Counted from the stretch's first letter, positions 22,346 to 34,725 are shown. The stretch: 64,000 bases of DNA from Azolla caroliniana (GCA_043228905.1 JBHGNT010000012.1:14384001-14448000), one strand, 5' to 3'. Numbers and translations: made by a program. Notes: generated by a model not told the origin, from the letters alone.

Positions 22346-23280
22346 GAGATCTTCGCATAAAACTGTTTGTCACGCAATGTTTGTAAAACAAAGCGGACAT
22401 GTCTAGCATGTTCTTGTAATGTACGGCTATAAACTAAAATATCATCCAAGAAAATAACGACAAATTTTCCAAGTTGTTCTCGGAAAATGTCATTCATTTC
22501 TTGTTGAAAAGTAGCCGGAGCATTGGTCAAACCAAAGGCATAACCAAAAACTCGTAATGGCCATAGCGCGTACGAAATGCCGTTTTAGGAACATCGTCCT
22601 CACTTATTCGTATTTGATGGTAGCCAGTACGGAGATCAAGTTTTGTAAAATACCGAGTTCTCTGGAGACGGTCAATTAGATCCTCAGCCCGGGGCAATGG
22701 ATACGAATTCTTGATCGTCACTTTATTCAAGCGTCGGTAATTAATACACATACGCCATGTGCCCTCTTTCTTTTTAACCAAGAGAACTGGTGCACCCCAT
22801 GGAGATTTACTATAACGTATATAACCCATTCGTAAATAGTCCTTGAGTTGCTTAGATACCTCATCTTCTTCGGATCGACTTAAGCGATACGGAGGTATAC
22901 TTATTGGTGCAACACCAGGTACAATATCTATACGATGGTCTATATTACGTTTAGGAGGTAACCCATGAGGTAGTTCACTTGGAAAAATATCATGAAAATC
23001 ATTTAAGATTTCATCAAGTTGTTGTTGTTCAAAATATGTTAATTGAATCGGGACATTATCGATATTGTAAACGTGAATGTCCGGATCAAGTACACAATAA
23101 AATAACGTAGAACAAGACAACTCGGATATTGATGGACACGAGGAAACAATCGAGAGGGATTGTTTTTTTTACACATTGAATAAAATGCGTACAATCGTTC
23201 CCAATCAATAAATAAAGAAGAGTTTTTATTATAAAACCAGGGATACCCAGTATTACATCGGTGGTACAAAGATTCATTAC
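22060..23280. repeat. Near-exact duplicate of 23382-24629 on the other side of the N gap (probable unmerged contig overlap)
   Basis: Same sequence apart from homopolymer indels and a 26-bp deletion near the contig end. Confidence 0.8.
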
Positions 23281-23380
23281 NNNNNNNNNNNNNNNNNNNN
23301 NNNNNNNNNNNNNNNNNNNNNNNNNNNNNNNNNNNNNNNNNNNNNNNNNNNNNNNNNNNNNNNNNNNNNNNNNNNNNNNN
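23281..23380. other. Assembly gap (100 N)
   Basis: Run of n. Confidence 1.
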
Positions 23381-23667
23381 AATTTGACCTCGAGCGGTTA
23401 CGATCACAAGGAACAGAGTACAACCTGCTGGCTTACTCCAAGCGAAAATGATCTAACGCGATGAGATGCAAGCCTCGTTTTTCTTCTTCTTCTCTCTTCT
23501 TCGAATGATGCAGGAAACCGAATGCTGTGCAGGCTGAGACGACGGCCGACAGCAGATTGAAGGACCGACTACTGTGCAGGCTCTGATACCAGATGTTGGG
23601 GATGAGGTCGTCTATGCGGAAGATCAAGCAGCATTCGATTCTGTTCTTTACCTGCGTATAACAGTTT

Positions 23668-24832
23668 GAGATCTTCGCATAAAACTGTTTGTCACGCAAT
23701 GTTTGTAAAACAAAGCGGACATGTCTAGCATGTTCTTGTAATGTACGGCTATAAACTAAAATATCATCCAAGAAAATAACGACAAATTTTCCAAGTTGTT
23801 CTCGGAAAATGTCATTCATTTCTTGTTGAAAAGTAGCCGGAGCATTGGTCAAACCAAAAGGCATAACCAAAAACTCGTAATGGCCATAGCGCGTACGAAA
23901 TGCCGTTTTAGGAACATCGTCCTCACTTATTCGTATTTGATGGTAGCCAGTACGGAGATCAAGTTTTGTAAAATACCGAGTTCTCTGGAGACGGTCAATT
24001 AGATCCTCAGCCCGGGGCAATGGATACGAATTCTTGATCGTCACTTTATTCAAGCGTCGGTAATTAATACACATACGCCATGTGCCCTCTTTCTTTTTAA
24101 CCAAGAGAACTGGTGCACCCCATGGAGATTTACTATAACGTATATAACCCATTCGTAAATAGTCCTTGAGTTGCTTAGATACCTCATCTTCTTCGGATCG
24201 ACTTAAGCGATACGGAGGTATACTTATTGGTGCAACACCAGGTACAATATCTATACGATGGTCTATATTACGTTTAGGAGGTAACCCATGAGGTAGTTCA
24301 CTTGGAAAAATATCATGAAAATCATTTAAGATTTCATCAAGTTGTTGTTGTTCAAAATATGTTAATTGAATCGGGACATTATCGATATTGTAAACGTGAA
24401 TGTCCGGATCAAGTACACAATAAAATAACGTAGAACAAGACAACTCGGATATTGATGGACACGAGGAAACAATCGAGAGGGATTGTTTTTTTACACATTG
24501 AATAAAATGCGTACAATCGTTCAGTACAAAAGAAATGGAATGACGAACCCAATCAATAAATAAAGAAGAGTTTTTATTATAAAACCAGGGATACCCCAGT
24601 ATTACATCGGTGGTACAAAGATTCATTACATGGAAGTCTACTTCCTCTATATAAGTATCAATAGAAATTCCTAATGAATGAATCGCCCCGTTGATGTATT
24701 GTACTCTTCCATCAGCCAAGTGCACCGTGTAGGTGTGATCACTTACAGTGGGTTGGATTCCCCATATCTGAACCAAACGATCATTCACAAAATTGTGTGA
24801 GCTTCCCGAATCAAATAAAAACTGTACGGGAG
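23668..24832 (-). pseudogene. Inverted protease-RT segment of chromovirus C
   Basis: [10 protein letters not shown]..., [31 protein letters not shown] on the minus strand while the rest of C is plus; ends in GGGAG, the reverse complement of CTCCC at 17090-17094. Confidence 0.92.
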
Positions 24833-27800
24833 TGTCGAATACAAGTGTATAATGGACGTATTCACACTATCCCTCTCTTTAGGCCATTTGTGTAATTAGC
24901 ATAAAGGGTGGTTGCCCTAAGTCGGTCACTATATATAGTGACCTCGTAACCTTTTTGTAAGGTTGGGTGTTGTATTATTGCTTTGTGGAATAAAGAGTCT
25001 TTTGTGTGTGTCTCTCTCTCTCTCTCTGTGCAACGACCTAGAAACTGTTATACGCAGGTAAAGAACAGAATCGAATGCTGCTTGATCTTCCGCATAGACG
25101 ACCTCGTCCCCAACATCTGGTATCAGAGCCTGCATAGTAGTCGGTCCTTCAATCTGCTGTCGGCCGTCGTCTCAGCCTGCACAGCATTCGGTTTCCTGCG
25201 TCATTCGAAGAAGAGAGAAGAAGAAGAAAAACGAGGCTTGCATCTCATTGCGTTAGATCATTTTCGCTTGGAGTAAGCCAGCAGGTTGTACTCTGTTCCT
25301 TGTGATCGTAACCGCTCGAGGTCAAATCCCCTTGTGCAACATTGACACGATCGTGCTCCACCCGGTTAAACGGCATCCGAAGAGGTAATGAAACGCCGCT
25401 CATTGTAACCACTCGGTGCAGATCGGTCTCAAGACAACAACCCCAAATTCGTGCTTCATCTGGCTGATCGACATTCGGGAGGATCAGTTGGATCCGTCTC
25501 TCTCGTTGCTGCAGTCAACCGAAGCAGAATCGGTCCAGATAATCGGTTTCATTAATCGGTATTCGGTACATATATCCGAAGCGAACCGGGCTCACTCCGA
25601 CTCGGCAACATTCGGGAAGACCAGTCGGTTCTATCCCTCAAGTTACCGGAGTCAATTCGAGCAAGTTCAACAATACATATATCCGAAGCCGAACCGACTC
25701 GGGTTCAAATCCGACTAGAACGATATCGGGTGAGCCAACCGGCTGCACTCCAACAAGGTTCGTAGTCAACTCCGAACCGAGCTCCGTCAACCGAAACCAA
25801 ATTTGATGGCATCAACATCCGGCTCGTCAGAAATGAGTCTACGAAAGTTCGATGGATCGAACTTCAACTTCTGGAAGGAACAAATGCAGGACTATCTCAT
25901 AGTCAAGGGGCAAATCGATCCCATCGAAAATGAAGAACCTCCAGAAGGATACAAACCAATTAAGTGGCAGAAGCTGAACAGAATCGTCCGCGCCACGATT
26001 CGGATGCACCTATCGGAATCGGTATACTTTACGGTGCAATCGTGTACGACAGCATTCGAACTGTGGAAAACACTGTCGGACACTTACGAAAAGAAGGTCG
26101 CCGCAACAAAGATGTTTCTGATCCGGCGCCTCTACAACTTGCGGATGAAAGAATCTGACTCGGTTCAAGCACACCTCAATGAGTACGAAAGCATAAGCTC
26201 CCAAATCTCGTCACAGGGGACGGCAATCGAGGATGAACTCAGAGCAATGATACTCATGAGTAGCCTTCCCTCATCATGGGAAACTTTCGTCACAACCGTG
26301 TGCAACGCGTCAACCACGGCTGTTAAATACTCCGAAGTCACGAGCGCAATCCTGACCGAAGCAGCTCGGAGAAAGTCTTTCGCCAAAGACTCAACAGACG
26401 ACGCTTATGTAGTACAAGGTTCGACAGACCGATCGAACATACGAGGAAGAGATTCCTCACGACCGCCGAACAATCAGCGAAGACGGAGCCAGTCACGGGA
26501 TAACCGAATCTGCAACTATTGCAAGAAACCCGGACACATCAAAGCCGACTGCCGCGCACTCAAGAACAAGAACAACAAGAAGAGTGGCCGGCATGAGGAG
26601 ATCAATTACGTCAGCTTCTCAGCTGATGTGCTCCCAGACGACCCGAATATACTATCAATCGAAAATCCAGTCGGATCAGAAGTCCTACTCACGACTGAAG
26701 AGTCGAGCACATGGCTCTTAGATTCGGGCGCGTCATTTCACGTGACTCCTCATCGATCCCAATTTCGGGAATATACGATCCGTCACTCCGACTCAGTTCG
26801 AGTCGGCAACTCACAACACTGTGACATCATCGGAATCGGCACAGTAGAGCTCAACCTTGCAGGTGGCTCTACACTTGTACTTCACAATGTCCGACATGTA
26901 CCCGAGCTCTCAAGGCCATTGATCTCAGTCGGACAACTAGATGAAGACGGCATTCGTGCCGGTTTTTCTTCGGGAGGGTGGACACTCCACAGGGGGAACC
27001 TCCTGCTTGCTAGAGGACCCAAGATACACTCACTGTATCCGTTACATGTTACGCTCAGAGAGGGTAACCTGTTTTTGGTGGATATTCCTGTGTCATCACT
27101 ATGGCACAGAAGATTAGGACACCTCAGCAAGGCCGGCATTACGCATCTATCTAGAGCCGGATACATCCCTAAACTCTCCTTCTCCGATCACCAATTCTGC
27201 GAGCATTGCCAGTATGGCAAACAAGCAGCCGCATCACACCCGACATCAGCACCAAGAGAAACGAGACCTCTCGATTTAGTCCATTCGGACGTCTGTGGCC
27301 CAATGCCGCATCAGTCTCTCGGCGGTGCCTCTTACTTCGTCACTTTTATTGACGATTCGACTCGAAAGGTGTGGGCTTATCCGATTCGCACCAAAGATCG
27401 GGTCTTCTCGATCTTCTCCGATTGGCTCGCTATGGTAGAAAATCAAACCGACCGAAAACTGAAATGCTTTCGGACCGACAATGGGGGAGAGTTCAAATCA
27501 GAAGAATTCGTCAAATTCTGCCGACAACGCGGCATCCGACGTGAATTTACGGCACCACACAGCCCGGAGCAAAACGGGATTGCCGAACGCATGAATCGGA
27601 CAATCCAAGAACGGATAGTTTCCATGCTCCTACACTCCGGACTGTCGGATGGCTTCTGGGCAGAGGCTCTACTCACGGCAGTACACATAATCAATATGTC
27701 GCCAAGTAGACCTCTAGGACTTCAACTTCCTCAGGAACTATGGATCGGCAGTAAGCCGAATTACGACAAGCTGAGGATCTTCGGCTGCGAGGCGTACGCA

Positions 27801-30294
27801 CTTATTCCGAAAGATGATCGCCGAAAACTTGCACCTCGGTCCAGGAAATGCATTTTCCTTGGATATGGATCCGACGGCGAAATGGGATACCGACTCTGGG
27901 ATCCCGAACGCAGACAAATCGTCCGAAGTTCGGACGTTGTGTTCAACGAGTCGGCTATGAATCCATCAGTCGACAAACCGATCGAAGTCCGAAGGGTAAC
28001 ATTTTCCGATGTGCCGACCCTTCAAGAAGGCCCCACTCTCAACACACGGTCAGCTTCACGGGTAGCTGAACCTTACACTACCGACTCGGACAACCCCGAC
28101 TCGGCACAACAGAACAATCCGCTTTCGGACCATCCGACCATGATACCCGATGCGACCAGTCCAATCATACCTCGACGATCCGAGAGACTGTCGCAACCTC
28201 CGGAGAGGTACTCTCCTGGAATTTTCTTCACCGACGCCGGCGAACCGATGTCTTACGAAGAAGCATCGACATCTGTCGATTCAGCCACCTGGCATCTGGC
28301 GATGGAGTCGGAAATGCACTCCATTCGGGCAAACAAGACTTGGGATCTGGTCGAATTACCTAGGAACCGACGTGCTCTTCCTTGCAAGTGGGTTTATCGA
28401 CTAAAAGAGACGTCTGATTCGACCACCCCAAAGTACAAGGCCAGATTAGTTGCGAAGGGCTTCCGACAAGAATATGGCGTCGACTTCGACGAGATTTTTT
28501 CACCAGTGGTGAAAATGACAACCCTTCGTTTTCTACTCGGCGTAGTGGCAGCCGACAACTTGGAGCTGATTCAGCTAGATGTCAAAACAGCCTTCCTCCA
28601 TGGTGATCTCGAGGAGGAAATTTATATGGAGCAGCCAAAAGGCTTCGTGGCAACTGGCCAAGAACATCTAGTCTGCCGACTCAGGAAGAGTCTATACGGC
28701 CTCAAACAGGCACCACGACAATGGTACAAGAAGTTCGACGACTTCATCCAATCGATCGGCTTCTCAAAAAGCGATGAGGACCATTGTCTCTTCACCAACA
28801 CAGCTCAAGATGGATCACCCATCTTCCTCATCATTTACGTGGACGACATGCTAATTTCTGGACGCCACGCGGGCGAACTTGCCGATCTCATTCGGCAACT
28901 GCGGTTGAAGTTTGCCATGAAGGACCTCGGTCCGGCACGACACATACTCGGCATGAAGATTAGTCGGCATCGCGATAAACGACATCTTTTCTTGTCTCAG
29001 ACCGACTATATCCGACGTGTCTTGGAACGCTTCAACATGCAATCAGCCAAATCTGCTTCAACCCCGCTCCCAATGAATCTTCGGCTCTCTCAGCGAGACT
29101 GCCCGACATCCGGCCCGGAGGGGGAAGATATGAAGTCGGTACCGTATGCACCGGCAGTCGGCTCCCTTATGTACCTGATGGTCGCGACACGGCCTGATAT
29201 TTCTCATGCCGTAGGAGTCGTTAGCAGATTTATGCACAATCCTGGCCGATCGCATTGGAACGCAGTCAAGCATGTGTTCAGATATCTGGCTGGCACAAAA
29301 GACCATGGCATTCTTTTCGGTCCGAACCGAACCTCAGGCGTAGTCGGTTACACCGACTCGGATTTTGCCGGCTGTATAGACAGTCGGAAATCAACAACCG
29401 GATACTGCTTAAAATTCGGCAATGGAGCAATCTCGTGGAAGTCGAAACTTCAGGAGTGCACAGCGACCTCAACGACCGAAGCAGAATATGTAGCTGTGTC
29501 CGACGCAGCAAAAGAAGCCTTGTGGCTCGGTCGGCTGGCGCACACGTTTCGACAAGTCGACCATGACTCGGCTCCAGTTGTCTACAGCGACAGTCAAGGT
29601 GCTGTTGCCTTGTCGAAAAATCCGGTTCACCACAACGCCTCCAAACATATCGACGTTCGATATCACTTCGTTCGGGACTGCGTCATTTCAGGGAAAATCG
29701 GTCTAGAGAAAATATCCACAACCGACAATGTCGCAGATGGAATGACCAAGTGTCTTTCGGCAGACCGCTTTCGGACTCTTCGGCATCAGATGGGCGTAAC
29801 GACAAACCAGTCCGGTTAGAGCCGGACACAGAGCAGGATGGTTCCCGACAACCGACATCAGTTCCTTAATGATCGGCTTCGACACTTCCGACCCGACCAG
29901 TTCGGTCTTCTGCCTTCGGACCCTGCCGACTCGAACAAACTGATATGTCCGAGAACCTAAGTTTATACCTGTAATCTTAGATAACCCATGTGTACGCCCA
30001 TTACGGGGGAGTGTCGAATACAAGTGTATAATGGACGTATTCACACTATCCCTCTCTTTAGGCCATTTGTGTAATTAGCATAAAGGGTGGTTGCCCTAAG
30101 TCGGTCACTATATATAGTGACCTTGTAACCTTTTTGTAAGGTTGGGTGTTGTATTATTGCTTTGTGGAATAAAGAGTCTTTTGTGTGTGTGTCTCTCTCT
30201 CTCTCTGTGCAACGACCTAGAAACTGTTATACGCAGGTAAAGAACAGAATCGAATGCTGCTTGATCTTCCGCATAGACGACCTCGTCCCCAACA
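24833..30294 (+). mobile_element. Copia F, full length and coding-intact (same family as E)
   Basis: 283-bp LTRs 24833-25115 and 30012-30294, PBS TGGTATCAGAGCC 25118-25130, PPT 30003-30011; flanks GGGAG / ACCAC do not match. Confidence 0.96.
25806..29819 (+). CDS. Copia gag-pol polyprotein, intact
   Basis: Same motifs as E; four amino-acid differences from E seen. Confidence 0.96.
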   Translation: MASTSGSSEMSLRKFDGSNFNFWKEQMQDYLIVKGQIDPIENEEPPEGYKPIKWQKLNRIVRATIRMHLSESVYFTVQSCTTAFELWKTLSDTYEKKVAATKMFLIRRLYNLRMKESDSVQAHLNEYESISSQISSQGTAIEDELRAMILMSSLPSSWETFVTTVCNASTTAVKYSEVTSAILTEAARRKSFAKDSTDDAYVVQGSTDRSNIRGRDSSRPPNNQRRRSQSRDNRICNYCKKPGHIKADCRALKNKNNKKSGRHEEINYVSFSADVLPDDPNILSIENPVGSEVLLTTEESSTWLLDSGASFHVTPHRSQFREYTIRHSDSVRVGNSQHCDIIGIGTVELNLAGGSTLVLHNVRHVPELSRPLISVGQLDEDGIRAGFSSGGWTLHRGNLLLARGPKIHSLYPLHVTLREGNLFLVDIPVSSLWHRRLGHLSKAGITHLSRAGYIPKLSFSDHQFCEHCQYGKQAAASHPTSAPRETRPLDLVHSDVCGPMPHQSLGGASYFVTFIDDSTRKVWAYPIRTKDRVFSIFSDWLAMVENQTDRKLKCFRTDNGGEFKSEEFVKFCRQRGIRREFTAPHSPEQNGIAERMNRTIQERIVSMLLHSGLSDGFWAEALLTAVHIINMSPSRPLGLQLPQELWIGSKPNYDKLRIFGCEAYALIPKDDRRKLAPRSRKCIFLGYGSDGEMGYRLWDPERRQIVRSSDVVFNESAMNPSVDKPIEVRRVTFSDVPTLQEGPTLNTRSASRVAEPYTTDSDNPDSAQQNNPLSDHPTMIPDATSPIIPRRSERLSQPPERYSPGIFFTDAGEPMSYEEASTSVDSATWHLAMESEMHSIRANKTWDLVELPRNRRALPCKWVYRLKETSDSTTPKYKARLVAKGFRQEYGVDFDEIFSPVVKMTTLRFLLGVVAADNLELIQLDVKTAFLHGDLEEEIYMEQPKGFVATGQEHLVCRLRKSLYGLKQAPRQWYKKFDDFIQSIGFSKSDEDHCLFTNTAQDGSPIFLIIYVDDMLISGRHAGELADLIRQLRLKFAMKDLGPARHILGMKISRHRDKRHLFLSQTDYIRRVLERFNMQSAKSASTPLPMNLRLSQRDCPTSGPEGEDMKSVPYAPAVGSLMYLMVATRPDISHAVGVVSRFMHNPGRSHWNAVKHVFRYLAGTKDHGILFGPNRTSGVVGYTDSDFAGCIDSRKSTTGYCLKFGNGAISWKSKLQECTATSTTEAEYVAVSDAAKEALWLGRLAHTFRQVDHDSAPVVYSDSQGAVALSKNPVHHNASKHIDVRYHFVRDCVISGKIGLEKISTTDNVADGMTKCLSADRFRTLRHQMGVTTNQSG

Positions 30295-31695
30295 ACCACA
30301 TCCTTGAAGGAATACTTCCACATTGCTAACGGTTTGCTCTACCGTAATGGGAAGGTTTGTGTTCCAGATTTACCTGAGGTCAAAAAGAGGATTCTTTTTG
30401 AATGCCATGATGCACCCTCAGCAGGGCACCTTGGAATACATCGTACACTCGTTCTCATCTCCACTCAATTTTATTGGCCTAAGATGCGTCCTGACATACA
30501 TAGCTATGTGACTAAATGTCACCAGTGTCAGGTTAACAAAGCCGAGCGACTTAAAGCCGCAGGACTTTTACATCCCTTGGACATTCCCAATAATAAGTGG
30601 GAAAGTATATCCATGGATTTTATTGTTAGCCTTCCTCTCACCCAAAAAGGTCATGATGCCATCTGGGTTGTCGTTGATCGACTAACTAAAATGGCCAGAT
30701 TTATTGCTACTAAAACCACGGTAACAGCTCCTGAATTGGCTTACCAATTCGTTGACGAATTGTTTCGTTTTTATGGGTTACCGATGGATATCGTGAGTGA
30801 TCGAGATCTAAAGTTTACTAGTGACTTCTGGACACAAGTCTTTAAGAAGTTAGAAACTACGTTGAGCATGAGCTCCACGGATCATCCTCAATCCGATGGA
30901 CAGACAGAACGAGTAAATCAAATTATTGAGGACATGCTTCGAGCATACGTTGGTGCAAAACCAACAAAATGGGAACGTTATCTCCCAATTTTGGAGTTTG
31001 CTTATAACAGCTCCAAGCATACGTCGACGGGATATAGTCCTTTTATGTTGATGTATGGTTTTCAGCCACGAGCCCCGATTGATGTTAATATACATCATGA
31101 TGAGTTGCGAAGTACGCAAAACTTTCTTCGGGATATGCAAGATATGTTGCATATTGCACGAGATAATATAAAAACAGCTCAAGATAGAGCGCGTTTTTAT
31201 GCCGATCATCATAGGCAACCTCGTGTATTCAACCCTGGACAGAAGGTATTTTTACGTGTACCTCACAATTCTAAGACATTGTCTACGGGTAAGTGCGCTA
31301 AGTTAGCCCCACGGTTTTGTGGACCTTTTACAGTCCTCAAACGAATTGGGTCATCAGCCTATCGTCTCGCTCTTCCCGATGGTGTCGGAATTCATCCAGT
31401 CTTTCATGTGAGTCGTCTAAAAGAACTTCTAGGTTCTGGCGACAATACAGTTACCACTGAAACTCTGGTTACTTCTGAAGAATTATCTTCTAAACCACAT
31501 GTACCAGAAAGAATTCTCGATGTTAAAACAAAAAAATTACGTACTAAAGAAATCCGAGAATTCAAAATAAAATGGATGGATAAATCAATAAAAGATGCCA
31601 CATGGGAACGCGAAAATACTCTTAGAACTAACTTCCCTAACTTTCCATTGCAAGAGTGCAATGTTTTAAAGAGGGGGAGTATGTTACGGGCATGA
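30295..31695 (+). pseudogene. Integrase and group II chromodomain of chromovirus C
   Basis: [49 protein letters not shown]; frame runs into the 3' LTR. Confidence 0.92.
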
Positions 31696-32136
31696 CCATA
31701 TAATATCCCGTGGTAAGAATTTACCGTAGTATTCTATACACGTGGATAAGTGTGAGGGTTAAATGAGAGTGTAAAGAAGGGGAGGATTACTTTTAATCCT
31801 TGGGATTGAGACAACCCATTAGGTCAAGTGTGAACTTGCCTGGGGGCCTTGGGTTTCGCTATAAATAAGAGGCCTAGCTACCCTCATTTGATCATCTTTT
31901 GACTACATCGAGACTCTGCTCGTGTGGTGGGTCAACTCTTGTAGCGAGCGCGCCAGCACCAGGTACGACTCGACGCCACGGCGGTGGTATGGGACGCCGA
32001 TCGAGGCTCGAGTCCGTCTCGATCCCTTCGCTCGGGGGTGGTCGGGTGGATCGGCACCCTTCTTTCTCTTTCTCCTTTCTATCTATCTTTTCATTATCCT
32101 TATCTTAAGCTTACGTTAGTATCTAGATCTATAATA
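31682..32136 (+). repeat. 3' LTR of chromovirus C
   Basis: Direct repeat of 13893-14347. Confidence 0.95.
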
Positions 32137-32696
32137 GAGAGAGAGAGAGAGAGAGAGAGAAGTTCGTATATATGGAGAGAGTCGTATTACCTGCATATAT
32201 ATATGTGGGATAACTCACTGAGAATATAACTGTGAGAGAAGCGCGAAAGTGAACTTGAGAGAGTATGAGCACGCGGGAGAGAGAACGCGTGTTGCAAGGG
32301 AAAAGCAACAAAGATTGAACATAGTAGTGGCTATGTGACTGACCTAGCTCAGAAGTTGAGTGTCAGAGGAAGCAAAGAAAGAAGAGTGTAACAGAGAAGA
32401 AAGAGAAATAGAACAGAGAAGCTTTGAAAGCTTCGAAGGAGATAGATACCTACGAGTTAGGGTTTGGTGCACTCGGCTAAAACTGTGGTTTTAGATAACA
32501 ACCTGATAGTACATCCATACCAAATTAGGTTTTATCATTCTATGATTGTATTCTTTCTTGTCTCATAGTGGAAATCTTTGTTCACCTTGGTTTTTCCCTG
32601 AAATCAGGGTTTTCTAAGTAAAATTGTGTGTTGCTTGTCTCGTTTATTTGTGTGTCGGTATATCTGGTGTGCTACGTTTGAGGACAAAACATATCA
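32137..32696 (+). repeat. Copia B 5' LTR, right part
   Basis: Matches ~53960-54497; ends ACATATCA before the PBS at 32700. Confidence 0.9.
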
Positions 32697-32723
32697 AACT
32701 GGTATCAGAGCATAGGTTTTAGA

Positions 32724-34725
32724 TGGAAGGGAATGTGAGTGGCTTTCCGGGGATGATTGTCGTAAACTCACAAAACTACTCAAACTGGAAGATCTTCTTA
32801 TAGTCAAAGATCTATATGAGCCTATAGAAAAGGAAGACATACCTAGAGGGGTAATAGAATTTGAGTGGAAAACTCTAAATAGAAAGGCATATGCAACCAT
32901 AAGACAGTCTGTAAGCATTATCGTTCTACAACATGTAGCAAGTGATACAAATGCCTATGAGCTATGGCAAAAACCCTCAGCCCTCTACAAAAGGAAAAAT
33001 GCCTTAAATAAAACATCGCTAATGAGAAAAATAGTGAGACTAAAGTACATAGATTGGGAGAGCATTGTAAAACACATCAGTACTTTCATGGGGTTGGTAA
33101 ACCAATTAGCATCAACGAAGTTCCCTTTAAATGATGCTATGCAGGCCACACTACTACTATGTACTCTACTGAATAGTTGGGAAAACCTAATAGTGACACT
33201 TAGTACCTCATGTAAAGAAGAAAATATATCTTTACAAGTAGTAAAGACAAGTATTCTAAATGAAGAGACAAGAAGAAAGGATAAAAGTGCCTTGTCTCAA
33301 TTGGAAGCTAATGTGACCCAAGAACTTAGTAGAGGAAGAAGCAAACACAGAAGTCCTAAAAATGGAGATAGGTTTTATGCAAGGTTGAAATCTAGAGGAA
33401 GGCCAACATGCTTCTATTGTGGGAAGCCTGGTAAGTTCCAAAAGAATTGTTGACACCTTAGGAAGGACAAAGGCAAGGTTGATGAGGTAGAACCCAATTT
33501 TTTTTTTGATGATAAAAACACCTTGGCCATTGCAACCAGTGAAGAAGGATTGTTATTTATTTGTGAACAAGCTAGTGTGAATCTTGCGAATGTTGAGTGC
33601 TCATGGGTAGTGGATTCCGGTGCATCATTCCACCTGTCTCCCAAAAGAGAATGCTTCTCATCTTACACAGTTGGTGACTATGGCTACGTAAGGATGGGAA
33701 ATGATGGTGAATGCAAGATTGTGGGCATAGGAAATGTGTGTTTGCTAACATCTACTGGTTGCAGGTTAATGTTGAAGGATGTACGCCATGTTCTGAATGT
33801 CATATTGAATCTGATATCGGTTGGATGACTAGATGATGAAGGCTACAATGGTGGTTTTCGTAATGGTACATGGAAGTTCTGTAGAGGGAGCTTGATTGTG
33901 GCTCGAGCCCAAAAATAGAACACATTGTATGTAATGCATGCAAAATTGTGCCGAGACGAAGCAAATGTGGTGGGTGACTCAAATGGTGAATTGTGGCATA
34001 AAAGGCTCGGCCACATGAGCGAAAGGGAAATGCATATCCTTGCTGAAAAGGATCTCCTAACAGAAGTGAAAGGATACACCTTGAAAAGTGTGGACTATTT
34101 GGTTGGAAAGAAAACTAGAAAAACCTTTCACTCTAGGCCTCCGATGAGAAGAGAGCATGCCCTAGTACTGGTTCACATAGATTTGTGTTATGTGGATGCT
34201 CCATCACATCGTGGTGGACAATACTTCATCACATTTATTGATGACTTCAGCAGAAAGGTGTGGGCTTTTGTATTGGTGTCTAAAAATCAAGTGTTGTTGG
34301 CCTTTAAAGATTTTCATGCAAGGGCAAAAAGAGAATTTGGACAAAAGTTGAAAGCGTTCCGAATAGATAATGGTGTTGAGTATAGAGGCCAATTTGAGAT
34401 GTATTGTACAACTCTAGGCATCAAACTTGAGTATACGGTGCCGAAGACACCAAAGCTAAATGGTCTAGTAGAGAGAATGAAGCAGACCATAATGGAAAGG
34501 GTAAGAAGCATGTTGTCTCATGCAAAATTGCCAAAGTCGTATTGGGTTGAGGCAATGTTGACAGTTGTCTACCTTATAAACAAGTTCCCATTAGTGCCTC
34601 TGAAGGGGGATGTCCCATAGAGGGTGTGGACAGGAAGGGGTGTGTCCTATCAGCATTTACGGGTGTTCGGATGCTTGGCTTATGTGCATGTTGCTAAAGA
34701 CTAGAGGTCAAAGCTGGACAACAAG
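32724..34725 (+). pseudogene. Copia B gag-protease-integrase (decayed)
   Basis: CFYCGKPG, WVVDSGASFH, LWHKRLGH, FIDDFSRK; many stops. Confidence 0.88.

Larger units (their letters stand above)
13893..32136 (+). mobile_element. Ty3/Gypsy chromovirus C (group II chromodomain, Reina/Tekay-like), disrupted by Copias E and F with an internal inversion and deletion
   Basis: 455-bp LTRs 13893-14347 and 31682-32136 (one difference seen), TSD GAGAG within (GA)n, PBS TGGTATCAGA 14350-14359, PPT before 31682; collinear with D outside the rearrangement. Confidence 0.93.

Noticed and set aside
23433-24788. 451-aa ORF with a novel C-terminus
   Set aside because: Chimera of Gypsy RT running through a deletion junction into Copia LTR/leader; ORF 16036-17172 likewise ends in LTR read-through
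24824-24832. GTACGGGAG before the LTR read as a PPT (cf. TTACGGGGGAG)
   Set aside because: It is collinear Gypsy sequence, its CTCCC is duplicated at 17090-17094, and this LTR is followed by a PBS; a TSD is the simpler reading
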